A stretch of 64,000 nt of DNA from Protoeuglena noctilucae (Eukaryota): contig OY253672.1 of the NCBI GenBank assembly GCA_958009085.1, positions 620,001 through 684,000 of the forward strand, given 5' to 3'. A program made the translations under genes and the position numbers. Below are positions 50,618 through 62,500 of the stretch, one piece after another (position 1 is the stretch's first letter; the number at the start of each line of letters is the position of its first letter). Under the pieces are notes generated by a model, which was given only the letters and a program-made list of their open reading frames with translations, did not search any database and had not been told where the DNA came from.

Positions 50618-53600
50618 ATGGCCTCCGCGGTCCCGGATAGGCAGGCAAAGAGCTCATTTTCCAAGAGCGACGTCGTGTGCCCCAAGTTCGTCCAGCGGGT
50701 GTCGACGAGCAGGTGGGACAGGCTCCCCGGCTCGCCGGGCGGTGTTAGCCGGACAGGCTCTCGCCGGCAGATAGTTTGCGCTTATTGGCATCGACGGCTG
50801 CCTTGGCGGCCCTGGGGGTGGGTCCATCGCTGCGGGGGCCGGCCGCGGTAACAACCCCAGGGCGGAAATCGGCCGGCTCGCGCTGCGCTCGCCGCGCCTC
50901 CCCTCGAGAGCTGGTCCATGTATTCCGCGCATCGTATTGCGTCTGTTCGTCGCGAGGTGCCGTGGGCAGACGTCGCGGCGGGGTGCAGAGCGGCGATTGT
51001 TGACCCGCCCGCAGGAATGGGGCCGTGGACACGTTCCAGCGCGGGAAAATCCTCGGCAGGGGTGGGTTTGCCGCTGTCTTTGAGGTTCAGCGCACATCGG
51101 ATGGGAAGAAGTTCGCCCTCAAGGTGGGAACTTCGAAGCGGCACGGTCATCTGTCGCGGCCGCGCTCGCGCCGCGCACGGGCCCATTTACCTCCAGCCCT
51201 CCCCCGCGCCATCGTACATCTGCTCTCTCTTCACCTCGTCCCTCCGCGCGGGCCTCGGCGTCCGCTTGAGGGCACGCGGTGCTCGGACCCCACGCCGCCG
51301 CGCCCTGCTCCCCCGCAGGTGGTCTCTAAGCAGTCCATCGAGAAACCCCGGGCGCGCATGAAGCTCAAGACGGAAATTGCGATCCACCAGACGCTGCAGC
51401 ACCCGCACATCGCGCGCTTCCTGGCCGCATGGGACGACGCTACCAATGTCTACATCCTCCTCGAGCTCTGCGCCGGCCCCACGCTCGCGGACGTCGTCAA
51501 GAGTCAGGGCCGCCTCTCCGAGAGCACCGCCGTTCGCTATATGTACCAAATCCTCGACGCACTCCAGTACCTGCACGCCAGCAGGTGCGTGCGCAGGGTC
51601 CACCGCGCCACTAACACCATTGAGGAGGACTCGCCAGGGTCCCGCGCTTCGAGTCATTACATGCCACTGCGCTCTGCCCCTCTCTTAGCTCATCTGCCCC
51701 CCCGGCGCCCCTGCCGCCGGTGGCCCACACTGGCCCATCCCCACCCGACCGTGCCCCTGCCCTTTCTTCGCCCCAGGGTCATCCACCGGGACCTGAAGCT
51801 CTCGAATCTCTTCACCGACGCCGAGGGCAACATCAAAGTCGGGGACTTCGGTCTCGCGTGCCAGCTGCAGTATGACGGGGAGCGCAAGAACACCATCTGC
51901 GGGACACCCAACTACATCGCCCCGGAGATCCTCACGGGCGGGCAGGGGCACTCGTATGAGGTGCGGGCGGGCCGCTAGAGAGCCCCGTGCACCTGCATCG
52001 GGGTACCTGACATGGCAAGGCGACACTTGCGAGTTGTCGTCGCTCAGCTCAAGCCACACCTCAGTCCCCGCCTTGCCCGCAGGTGGACATCTGGTCGCTC
52101 GGCGTCCTCATCTACGCCATGGTCGTGGGGCGGCCGCCCTTTGAGACAACCGACGTCAAAAAGACCTATCGGCGGATCAAGGCCAACGCCTACGAGTTCC
52201 CCCCAGACAAGCCCCTGTCCCCCGAGGCACGCTCCCTCATCCAGTCCGTCCTCACCCTCGACCCCCGCCTCAGGTGACGCCCGAGTCACCAGGGGCGGCA
52301 GCCATGCACACACGGGCGCCAGTTGCGCGTCCTCTGGACCCCACTCACTTCTGCAGACGCGCCCTGGCGCCCAGCAGTCGCACCGCCTGTATCTAATACC
52401 ATCGATATCAACCCTGCCCGTATCTCTGCTTCCCTCGCAGGCCCACGCTGAGCGACATCGCCAACTCGCCCTGGATGCGAAAGTTCCGGCACCCCGCCCA
52501 GCTCGTCCCCAAGTGGGCGGCGCTCCCGGCCGCGTCCTCCTCCTCCGCCACCACCGCCTTCTACCACTCCCACTCCCAGGGCGGGGCCCTCCCAGCCTCC
52601 ACCTCATCGTCGTCGTTCGCCCCCGCCCCGCACGCCACCCGCCTGGCGCGCCCCGACCTGTCCCCCGCCTCCAAGGGCCGGCCCCTCGACGCCATCCCCG
52701 AAGGAGCGGCGCCTTCCGTCGGCGCCCGCCCCACCTCCGTGCCTTCCTACGCCCCGTCTGTCTCGCTGGCGGGCAGCGCGTCGACCCGCCTGACCACCGC
52801 GGCGGACGCTGGGGCGGTCGACACGGCGTCCTCGAGGCCCCGGGTGGTCGACCGGCTGCCGGAGGGACCCGCGCGGATGCCCGTGAGCCGCGTCGTCGCG
52901 GCTGGGTCCTACGCGGCACTGGCGGGGTACGGCCGCGCGCCCGAAGAGGTGAGGGGCGCTGCGGCGGGGATGGGCCCGCGCCGCCTGCGCTCCGTTGACC
53001 GCTCGCGCTGTCCGGAATGGAGGGAAGACCCAAGTCGTCTCTGCCACTGTCGCTCCCTTGCACGTGTTCGCAGGCGCTCCGGCCCGGTCGGCCTTACAGG
53101 CACGCCCAGCCCCTTGGGTCCCCCAAGGATGGAAACAAGGAGAACGTGGCTCCCGACTGGCCACTGGGGCGGGCGCGCCCGGTCAGCGCTCCGATGGGCG
53201 CCGTCAGCGGTGCGGGTGCCGGCGTGGCGCAGGAGGCGGCCGGCTCCCTGTGGGCCACCGGCGGGGCAGCCCGGGACCCGCTGGCGCCGCTGCGGGGAGA
53301 CGCGCCGGGGATGCGGAGGGTCGCGGAGGCATGGGGGGTCGCTGGGCACCAGAAGGGGGCGACGTCGCCCGCTCCCTCGGGTGAGGCCCCAGCGGCCGAT
53401 GGGCCACATGGCAGTGTGCGCGCTGACACGCACATGGTTGCATGTAATTACCCTGCGTGAGCTCGGACCTGTCTGCAGTGGCATCGTGCGGCGGGGACGC
53501 CGCGGGGCCTCTGGTCGGGGCCGGCGCGGGTGGCGATAGCGGCGGGGTGGGTGCGGAAGGCGCGCGGACGACACAGGCGGCGGCGCCCAGCGCGGGCCCC

Positions 53601-54520
53601 GGGGCCGCCGCGTGCCGGGAGCAGCCGTGGGTCGTGCGGTGGGTGGATTACAGCACCAAGTACGGCCTGGGGTACCTGCTGTCGGACGGCACGGTCGGCG
53701 TGGTGTTCAACGACTCGTCCCGGATCGCGCTGCCGCCCGGGCGCCAGGCCGTGTGCTACTGGGAGCGCCGCGGCAACGGGGCGTCCTGCGACCCGCCCGC
53801 GCGCGTCCTGCCCCTATCTGAGCCCCTGGTGAGCCTCGACATGCCCCGTGACCGGCCTGCCGCTTTGGCACCTCGACCTGCGCTGCAGAGCCCGTGTGTT
53901 CCCGCCCTTGCAGCCCGACGAGCGCGACCTGAACAAGAAGGCGACGCTGCTGTGGCACTTCGAGAAGTACCTCTTTCGCAAGGACGCGAGGGGCCTGGTG
54001 CATGCGGCGAGGGCCGCGGGCGCAGGCGGGGCGGAGGCAGAGCTTGTGGGGCAGGCGCCTGCCGGGCCTGCTTCGCCGGTCACGGGCGCCTCTTTGCACA
54101 TGAAGAAGTGGCTGAGGACCAAGCACGCGACCATCTTCCGCCTGAGCGACAGGGCCATCCAGGTGGGCTGAGGGAGGGGCACTAACTTGTGAGCGCCGGC
54201 GGGCAGGCGGCTGAGATGGGCGCACCGAGGCGCATGGCCGCCTTAGCTTCGCTCATATGTGTGTGTTCGTCATCTCGTCTGCGTGTGTGTCCATCACCTC
54301 ACATGCATGTGCCCGTCGCATCGCGCAGGTCGAGTTCGAGGACGGGACGTCGCTGGTGCTGACGGGCGACGGCACGTCAGTCGTGTCGGTGTCCAAGGGA
54401 GGCGTCGTGTCGCTCTTGCCCCTGGCAGCCCTGCCAGACGACCCCCACCTCCTGAAACGGCTCACCTACACGCGGGAGGTGCTGCAGCAGCTCACGTCGC
54501 CCCCGTCCAAGCAACCCTGA
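50618..54520 (+). CDS. PLK1: Polo-like kinase (kinase domain plus two Polo boxes)
   Basis: Kinase motifs LGRGGFA, IHRDLKLSN, GDFGLA, ERKNTICGTPNYIAPE and GRPPFET. PB1 is WVVRWVDYSTKYGLGYLLSDGTVGVVFNDSS and PB2 is KKWLRTKHATIFRLSD. Confidence 0.93.
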
Positions 54521-54740
54521 GCGGAGGAGCAGCTACTGTGCCCGGGGAGTTGAGCAGGGAGGGTCACCGCCGTGTGATTCGTGAATGCCTTACTGCGTTA
54601 CAACCACTTTGTCGACACCCCCTCGTTGCGCACAACCTTAGCCTTTCCTTCCCCCGCTATGTGACTCTTGTGCTTCCGAACTCGAACCCGCGCCCCGTTG
54701 AAGGGCTCTAGCGACGCTATCAGCTACCGTCCTCTTCTCT

Positions 54741-55539
54741 TCATCCCATGCCACCATCCAGCGCCAGACACTCTCGGACCACGCCCATCTCGTCCCGAAT
54801 CCCCTCCACCGTGTCCTGCAGCGCCCGAAGCGTCTCCGCGATCGCTCCCCGGAATTCCTCCTCCGTCGGCTCCGCGGGCACCGCGTCTGGCGCCGCGCCG
54901 TGGCCGTGTAACGACGCATGGCTGCACGCCCCGTGGTCGCCGTGGCACCGCGCGTCGTCCCCGCTGTCCCCGGCAAGGAGGGCATTCGGGGGCGGAGACA
55001 GCGGATCGTAGTCGTCGGAAGGGCGCTGCCAGTGGAAGACTCCCGCAGCTTCGGCCCTTTTGAGCGTGTAGAGAGTGACCGTACAGTGCAGCTTGTCGCG
55101 CTCCAGCGCCTGCGGGAAACGGAGGACCGCAATTCGCTGCAAACTTGTTCAGGGACTCCGCGACGATGGACGGACACGCGTAACGCGACAGGCCTCGCCT
55201 GGATCCTGTCAAGTGCGTCCGCCATCTCCCGCACCCCCGCGTCGCCCGCAGAGCGCAGATGGGCTTCTAGGGACCGGACCTCCGCCGTGCATTCGTTAAA
55301 CATCGCCGCGGTGCGAGTCACAGCGTCCCTGTGGAGCGATCGCGGCAGCTGTGAAGCGGAGCGTGTACACCGGGGACGGAAACGCAGGCCGCCGCGTCGC
55401 ATATGTGGTACCTGAACATGCCCTCGCTGTTGCCTTTGATCGCCGCCTGCAGAGCCTCCTCCAAACCGATGTACAGGGCCGCGCGTCGCTCCTGCACAGC
55501 GACCATCCGGCGTGCCGCCTCATGTCCACCGCTGCCCAT
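54741..55539 (-). CDS. Required for excision 1-B (REX1-B / C19orf60-like) domain protein, 3 exons
   Basis: VQERRAALYIGLEEAL, FNECTAEVRSLE, IQALERDKLHCTV, a His-rich loop and EPTEEEF...LQDTVEGIRDEMGVVR match the REX1-B family pattern as I recall it. Confidence 0.8.
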
Positions 55540-55931
55540 CGCCCAGCCTATCCCAGGCGGAGTCCAGCAGTCTGACTTGCTTCTCTGATGACGATTATGT
55601 GCTCGCATTTTGGCCATTGTTTCCAGATTTGCACAATGGGCCTGTTTCATGCATCTTGTTTCATGCATCCGCGCAGCCAAGGCTCTCTTGGGTCGCTTGA
55701 GGACCACCAGTCCTTCGTGGTTGACATTAAATTGGACCTGGTAGGCTGAATCTCCCTGTCTCCTCTCGCTAGTGGTCAAACACTTTGCATCTGTCCGCAG
55801 CGAGGTGAGAGCTCCGCGAGGGTGCCTGGAGAGACGGAGAATGGCATCTGCATGGGTAGCTTATCTCGATTACAATGCGTTCTTTGCATCTGAGGCAGAG
55901 ACGACTCGCTCCCCGCGCAGGTCAACTTGCC

Positions 55932-56243
55932 ATGCCGCGCGGACTTGCGACGCTCATCGCCGCGCTCGTGGCCGTCCCCCTGGCCACCTGCACCTACGGC
56001 TGCATAACGTACGAAGAGTTCTCCTCGATCAAGGACCACGACAGGGGAGTCAAGGTGCGCGAACGCGCTTTGCCCCGGCAGGAGCGTTGTGTCCCAGCAA
56101 AACGCTGGACGCATCGACTCACCTGCCCTTGCTTCGTCCCGCAGAACAGCTACACGGTGCCCAACTGCTCCGACCCGGGCGTCGACCCGCTGACCATGCA
56201 GTGCCAGCAGACGGTGCGGATGCCCGCCTTTGACGAGGTTTAG
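55932..56243 (+). CDS. Putative small secreted Cys-containing peptide (~73 aa, 2 exons)
   Basis: gccATG context, hydrophobic signal-like MPRGLATLIAALVAVPLATC, and an in-phase intron AAG|gtgcgc...ccgcag|AAC. Codon usage is host-like and GC3-rich. Confidence 0.45.
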   Translation: MPRGLATLIAALVAVPLATCTYGCITYEEFSSIKDHDRGVKVRERALPRQERCVPAKRWTHRLTCPCFVPQNSYTVPNCSDPGVDPLTMQCQQTVRMPAFDEV

Positions 56244-56526
56244 AGTCCTTTTGGCGAAGATTAGGCTCATATCTTCAACTCAGCTTGATTCCAGCGAGAT
56301 AGCGCTTAGGACAGTCCTTGAATAGGCTGCTGTTGAGACATGCTACACCATGCCGATGCTCTTGCCAGTGACTCTCGCTTGCTCACTTTTGCCACATCGT
56401 CCCAGCGCCCCCCTCGCTCGGCCCCGTCCCTCTTCTCGCCATTACCTCCTCTTGCTGGCGCCCCCATTGGCCCTACCCGTCCCTCCACCCTTCGCCCTGC
56501 CCTTCGCCGCACCCCCCGCGCCGCTC

Positions 56527-59500
56527 TTAACCCCGTCGCCACCCTCCCCTTTCGCATCTCCCCCTCTGCCGCTTCACCACCCCCTTCGCCTTCACCACGC
56601 CCCCGTACCTCTCCACCTTGTCAGCCATCGGACCCCAGGACTCGTCGCCTCCCAAGGCCCGCAGCGCCTCCAGTGCGCCGTACACCACCATGGCCGGGCC
56701 CTGCAGCTTGTCCGCGAACCGACTGGAGGCCTTGGGGCGCGGGCCCAGGTCTGCAACGCGGGGAAGGGCGGGGGCACGGTGCAGGGCAGGAGTGGTGGGC
56801 GGGGCACGGGTGATGGTACAGGGCCAGCGTAGCAGTGCAGGGCAAGTATAGAGTATGGCAGGCAGAGTCTAGTGTGACTGCCATCCCCCGCTGCGCTCTC
56901 ACCCTCGCCGCGCGCGCCCTTGCCGCTCTGCGCCTTGACGCGCCGCTCCTCCCACTTGCGTAACGGCTCCAGGGACAGCCTCCGCAGGTCCGCGCGCAGT
57001 TGCAGGGCGTGCTCGACCGTTTCCGGCACCACGAAGTCGATGGCCACCTTCAGGCAGGAGCGCAGGTTGCGGACCTGGTGGGCGCAGCCGCTCGGGATGA
57101 ACTGCGGGGGAAGGAGAGGGGAGGTGGGGCAAAGGTGATGGTGTTAGACGAGGTCAGGTGTCGTCAGGCTCTCGCAGCTTCCCACATCCAGCCTTTCTTG
57201 CTGGTGTCTCCGCACAGACACCGCCCCCACTACTGCCCTCTATCCGCAGTCACACTTTAACACACCCCCGCGCTCACCACAGCCTCTCCCTCGTACTGCT
57301 CAAAGGTCCAGGGTTCGACTCCGTACTCCTCCTTGAGCATCTCGCGGTGCCGCTGCGTCAGCATGCACTCCTGGTTGTGGATGGGGTGGCCGTCCCCGCA
57401 CACGCGGGCGGCGTTGTTGCCGTGGCGGAACTCAGCTGGGAAGAACGGGAGAAAAGCGATCATATTACTGACGAGGATCGACATAGTAATCACAAATGTA
57501 TTTGAAATGCTTATTCCAAATGCTTGCTAGCAAAGAGATGCCTCCAGAGCGACTCACCCGCGTGTAGTATACGAATCTCAGAGACTCACCCTGGCGGTAG
57601 CAACGGAACCAAACTCACCGGCGTGTTTGCGCAGAAACTCCGCGAGCTTCTCGCTGTCCTCTCTGCGGAAGATGTCCCACACCGCGCCCCCGTGGCCCCA
57701 GGCGTCGTCCGCAGGCACGGGGCCCTCCCTGGACCGCCCCCGCTCCTCGCCCTTCTGGTAGTGCGTGTGGGCCATGATGTTGACCGCGTCGCTCATGTCC
57801 ATGTGCAGCTTCGTCACGCTGTCGCCCTGCGACGAGAGGGGAAGGGAGCTGGCGAGTGAGTGGGGTGGTCCGTGGGGTTGTCAGTTGGGCAGCCAGCGGG
57901 GCAGTCAGTGGGTCGGGTAGTCCATGGAAATGCCAAAGCTCTACCCCACTCTGCTACCTCCCAGCCCCACCCCCTCACACCTCACCTCCGCTCCTCCTTC
58001 CTCCCCAGCGCCACCACCCCACCGCCCCACATCTACACCCCACTCCACCCCCCAGCCCCTCACCTCCCCCCGCTCCTCCCTCCTCCCCAGCGCCACGTAC
58101 GTCTTAGGCCCCACATCCGGCGGCTTCCGGCTCTGCGGCATGGCCGCCACGAAGTTAAGGGGGCCGTCCGTGGGTCGGACCGCCAGGGGCATCGGGCACC
58201 GCTCGCAGAAGTCCTGGTGGTAGCGGGGGAAAACCTCAGAGAAGTCGTCCTGCGGGGATGATATGATATATTAAGAGTTTATATATCAAATATCCCATGG
58301 GACGCTTTGGCACAGCAGCTGCTTTGTCATCATGAGAGGACGTGGATACCCTCAGTCCACAGCGTGTGCGGGTGTGGCCACGTGAACACCCGCAGCCCTG
58401 CAGCTTTACCATCCGCCCAACTGACCCCAACTGTTCTTATACTCCAATCCACCACCTGCATTCGCATTCACAGTCGCGTCGAGCCATCACACCTGGGGCG
58501 GGAAGTCCTTGAGCTTGAGCAGCGAACCCGGGGGCAGGGGCTGCTGGGTCTTGGCGTCGACGGCCTTGACGTCCTTGCCGCGATAGGCCGCGAAGAAGTC
58601 CTGCAGGCGCACCTCGGCCGCCGACCACGTGCGGGGGTCCAGGGCTGCGGGGGAGGGCGGCTTGCGGACGTCAACGCCTGTCCATGGTCGCAACCCCTCT
58701 CACGACCGCACCGCTGCCCCTATCGCATACACTCAGCACCGCTGGCCCCACACACACACACACACACCGCATTCCTACCCCCACCGCACACACCCACACC
58801 CACACCCGCACCCGCACCCGCACCCACATCCCCACGCACCCTTCAGCTCCGTCATCTGCTCGTCGTACTTCTGTCCCTTCCGGAGCGTCGCGCGCTCGAA
58901 GTTCTCCGTGCTCCAGTTCATCGCCATGCGCACGTCCCTGACAACGAACGGCCGCCCGCGCCGCAGCAGGTCCGAGCACCGCGCCAGCACCTCGGGACGC
59001 ATCATGCCGGGCTGCCCGCCCAGGTCGCGCGCCGAGGGACACCAGAGGTAGTTGTCCCGGCCCTCTGCTGCGGCATCGGTCGCACCCGCCCCACGCGGCC
59101 CCGCCCCAACGCCCCGGTAGCTCGCCAGCCGCCACTCCCTCGCGTCCCGCCCGCCCAGCCACTCCTCGAGCACCGCACGTGGCGGCGGCACGGGGCTCTG
59201 TTTATGAGACGAGGCCCCACCGTTGCTTGTCCCTGGTGCCCCCTCCCCGCCTTGGCCCTCCGCCTGCCCCGTGGAAGCGATCGCACTTGCACCCGGGACA
59301 GAGGCCTCTTTCGAATCACCAGCCGCAGTGCCCGCCTGCGCCCCTCCCTCAGCGTCTGCCCGTGCACCTCCCTCAGTCCCCACCTGCGCCCCCGCCCCAT
59401 CCCCTCCCTCGGCCCTCCCCCGCACCTCGCCCGCCCCCTCCGTTGCCTCAAAGAACGGCCAAGTGACCGTCGCACCCGCCGGCCACCGCAGCACCGGCGG

Positions 59501-62500
59501 GGGACCCCTCAGCAGCTTCTCCGGCCCCAGGCCCAGCGACTCTGTGGCAGCCGCCGATGCCGACGCACCCGCCCCTTGGCCCTGCGACCCGCGCTCTAGC
59601 AGGGCCCGCCCGCGCGCCATCGCCTGCCGGAGCCTGGCGATTTCGTCGGCGTTGATGAGGCTGACGAGGCGCATTGGTGATTCGCAGAAGAGACACAGAT
59701 GGCGCATGGACGCAGCATCCAGGTAACCCATGGCGCGGAGGTCCTTGCAGCAGTCGAGGCTGCGAGGGTGGGGCGAGCGTGACGTGGGGTTAAGCATATA
59801 TGATCACAAATCACGAGTCAGCCCCACTTCGCTGGTTCATGCACCGCGCATCGCTCACCGCACCCCCCACCCAACGGCACTGCGTGTCGCTCACCAGAAG
59901 TCCGCCGGGCAGGATTTATTCGTGCACGTGCGCAGCACACAGGAAATGCTGGTGCAGCAACGGTCGCAGATGACCCTGGTCCCGTCCAGCTCGCAGTACT
60001 CGATCCCAGCCCCTTTTGCCTTCCTCACACCCTGCGCTGCCCCGCGCTGCCCTGGGCCCTGCCCTTCTGCCCGACCGCTCGTCCCCGCAACACCACCACG
60101 CGCCCATTCCAGATCTTCGTCGTCCGCCACGCCAGGCCTTTCCAGCCCACTGGGCCCCGCACCATTCGCCACCACCCCGCCCCCGACGCCATTCGCACCC
60201 CCGTCGGCCTCCGCGCCATTCGCACCCCCGCCAATGCGCGCCCAAGCAAACGCGTCATCCTCCACCGCAGGCGCTTCCTCTCCTTCGCGCCGCACATGCG
60301 CCCCCGCTGCCCCATCGCCATGCCCATTTGCCTGCAGCCCTGTCCCCACCCCTGCCGCGCCGCCGCCGCCGCCGCCGCCACCGTTTGCAACACCGCTCCC
60401 CATGCCAGCAGCGCCCGCCACCCCATTCCCCCACGTCAGCCCCTCCATCGCGACCTCCTCGTCACACTGCCGCACGATCGCCTCCAGTTGCCCGTTCCAA
60501 GCCAGCTCCTGCAGCACGTACTCGGCCAGGGCGTGCCGCACCTCGCGCGGCACGTTCTCGGGCTTGGAGAACGCCAGGGGATCGTGCTGTGGGGATGTAC
60601 TGCGAAGGGGAGATGTGCTTGCATGAGGACGCAGCTCTTGGTATACAGTGCAACTCGCACCACAACTCCGCTGTCGCAAAAACATCTATAGTAGTACTAG
60701 CAACTCACCGGAGGAGGCAGCTTTCGCAATTGCACATCAACCGTAGCGGCTCACCGGAGGAGGCAGCTCTTGCAGTGGCACAGCCCCCGGCACACCACGC
60801 ATTGGGTGTAGAGGTCATCCCAGGTGAAGTCGCCCCTTCGGAAGGCCTTGCGCAGGCAGGAAGCGCAGAGGGACAGCCCGCAGCTCTGGCAGCAGGCGTA
60901 CGTGTGGAGACGCTGGCAGTCGTGGCAGAACAACATGGCCCTGCAAGGGCGGGGACACACAGGGAAGCAGTCATGACAAGAATGGAAGGACCTGTGTTTG
61001 TCCACCTTTGCATGCCCTCACATGCCCTCACAACCGGCCTCCCACCACCCCCGACCCTCACCGGTGCTCGGCTGGGTTGAACTCCTCCTCTGCAGCAGGG
61101 AACGCGCCTGTCGTGAGGAATTTCTTCACGCGCTTCGCGTCTGCACCCGTCAGCCCCACCGCCCGCTCCACGTCATCCCAGGAAGTGTGCAGCGCAAGGT
61201 TCGACGCCACCCATCCACGCCATGCATCCCCCTCTGCGTCCGGGCCCGGAGGCGCAGCCGCCCACGCCGCCGGCACCGCGTTCCGAGTACGCACTGCCTC
61301 CTTCCCACCTGCACCCCGCACACTGCCACCCCGGGCCACCGCCGTGCCCTGGCGCTCCGCCTCGCGGCACGCCGACGACGATGCGAGCTCCGGCGGGAGA
61401 GGCATCCCTTGAATGCGCGACCCCGAACGACCACTCTTTGCCGCGCTCGCCTTCCTCTGGGTAGCAACCGCCGCACCTGCCCCGTCCCCTGCAGCCCTCG
61501 CTCCCGCTCCCGCGCCGCCCGCCGCCCCTGGCGCAGCTCTGCTCAAAACGCCTCGTGCTGCCGTAGCCGCTTCCCTTGCGCCCTTTGCTGCCTTGCCTGC
61601 TGCCTTCGCCGGAACCGCACCCTCGCTCACACCCTCTGCACGCGCGCCTCGTGTTGCCTTGCTCGCCGCCTTCGCCACAGCCGCCTCCTGGCCCGCACCC
61701 ACCCCACGCGTGCCTCGCGTAGCCGCATCCGTTCCCCCTGTGCCCCTTGCTGCCTTGCCCGCCCCCTGGCCCGCAACCATGGCGCCTGCTTCCTTCGCTG
61801 CCTTGCCTGCCACCCTCGATGCCGCCCCCCGGCCCGCACCCGCCCGAGGGCGCTTCTGGGGCCGCGCCTCGAGGTCGGTGCTGCGAAGACGAACGACGAA
61901 GGTCTGCGCGCTTGGGTCTGACGCATCGGCCCTCATCTCCTCAAATCGCCTGGCTGCCTCCGGGCCAAACGTCGCCAGCACCATCTCCGCAGACATCTCC
62001 TCCCCATGTCCTGTCAGTGCCTCCTGCTGGCCCGTCCACGGCTCCCGCGGTCGCTTGCGCCTCGTGCCCCAGGCAGGCGGCGGTGGGAGCCACGCCACGA
62101 CAGCGCCGGCGTCGGCGGAGTCACTGGGGCCACCCTCTGCCCCGTCCGCAGCGCCCCTTGCACCTCCCACCACACGTACGCTCCCTGCCTGCCTCCCACC
62201 TTCTATTACAGGCACACTCCCCGCCTCCCTTGCACTCTCTAACACAGGCGCGTTCACCACAGGCACGACCCCAGCCTCCCTCACGCCTCCCATCCCAGGC
62301 GTAACCCCAGCCTCCCTCACACCTTCTACCATAGGCATGACCCCAGCCTCCCTCCCACCTCCCATCACAGGCACGACCCCAGCCCCCGGTCCCCCCACTC
62401 CAGCACTCCCCGCCAAGGGCAGCTCTGCGCCAGGCGTCAGACTGCCTTGCCCCACCGCGGCAGCCACCACATCAAGCGGCGGCAGCAAGGGCGCCCCAGG

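Noticed and set aside
55540..55930. Bicistronic REX1-S (TFB5) ORF upstream of REX1-B, as in Chlamydomonas
   Set aside because: I could not read any TFB5-like peptide on the minus strand upstream, and the space is occupied by a divergent small gene.
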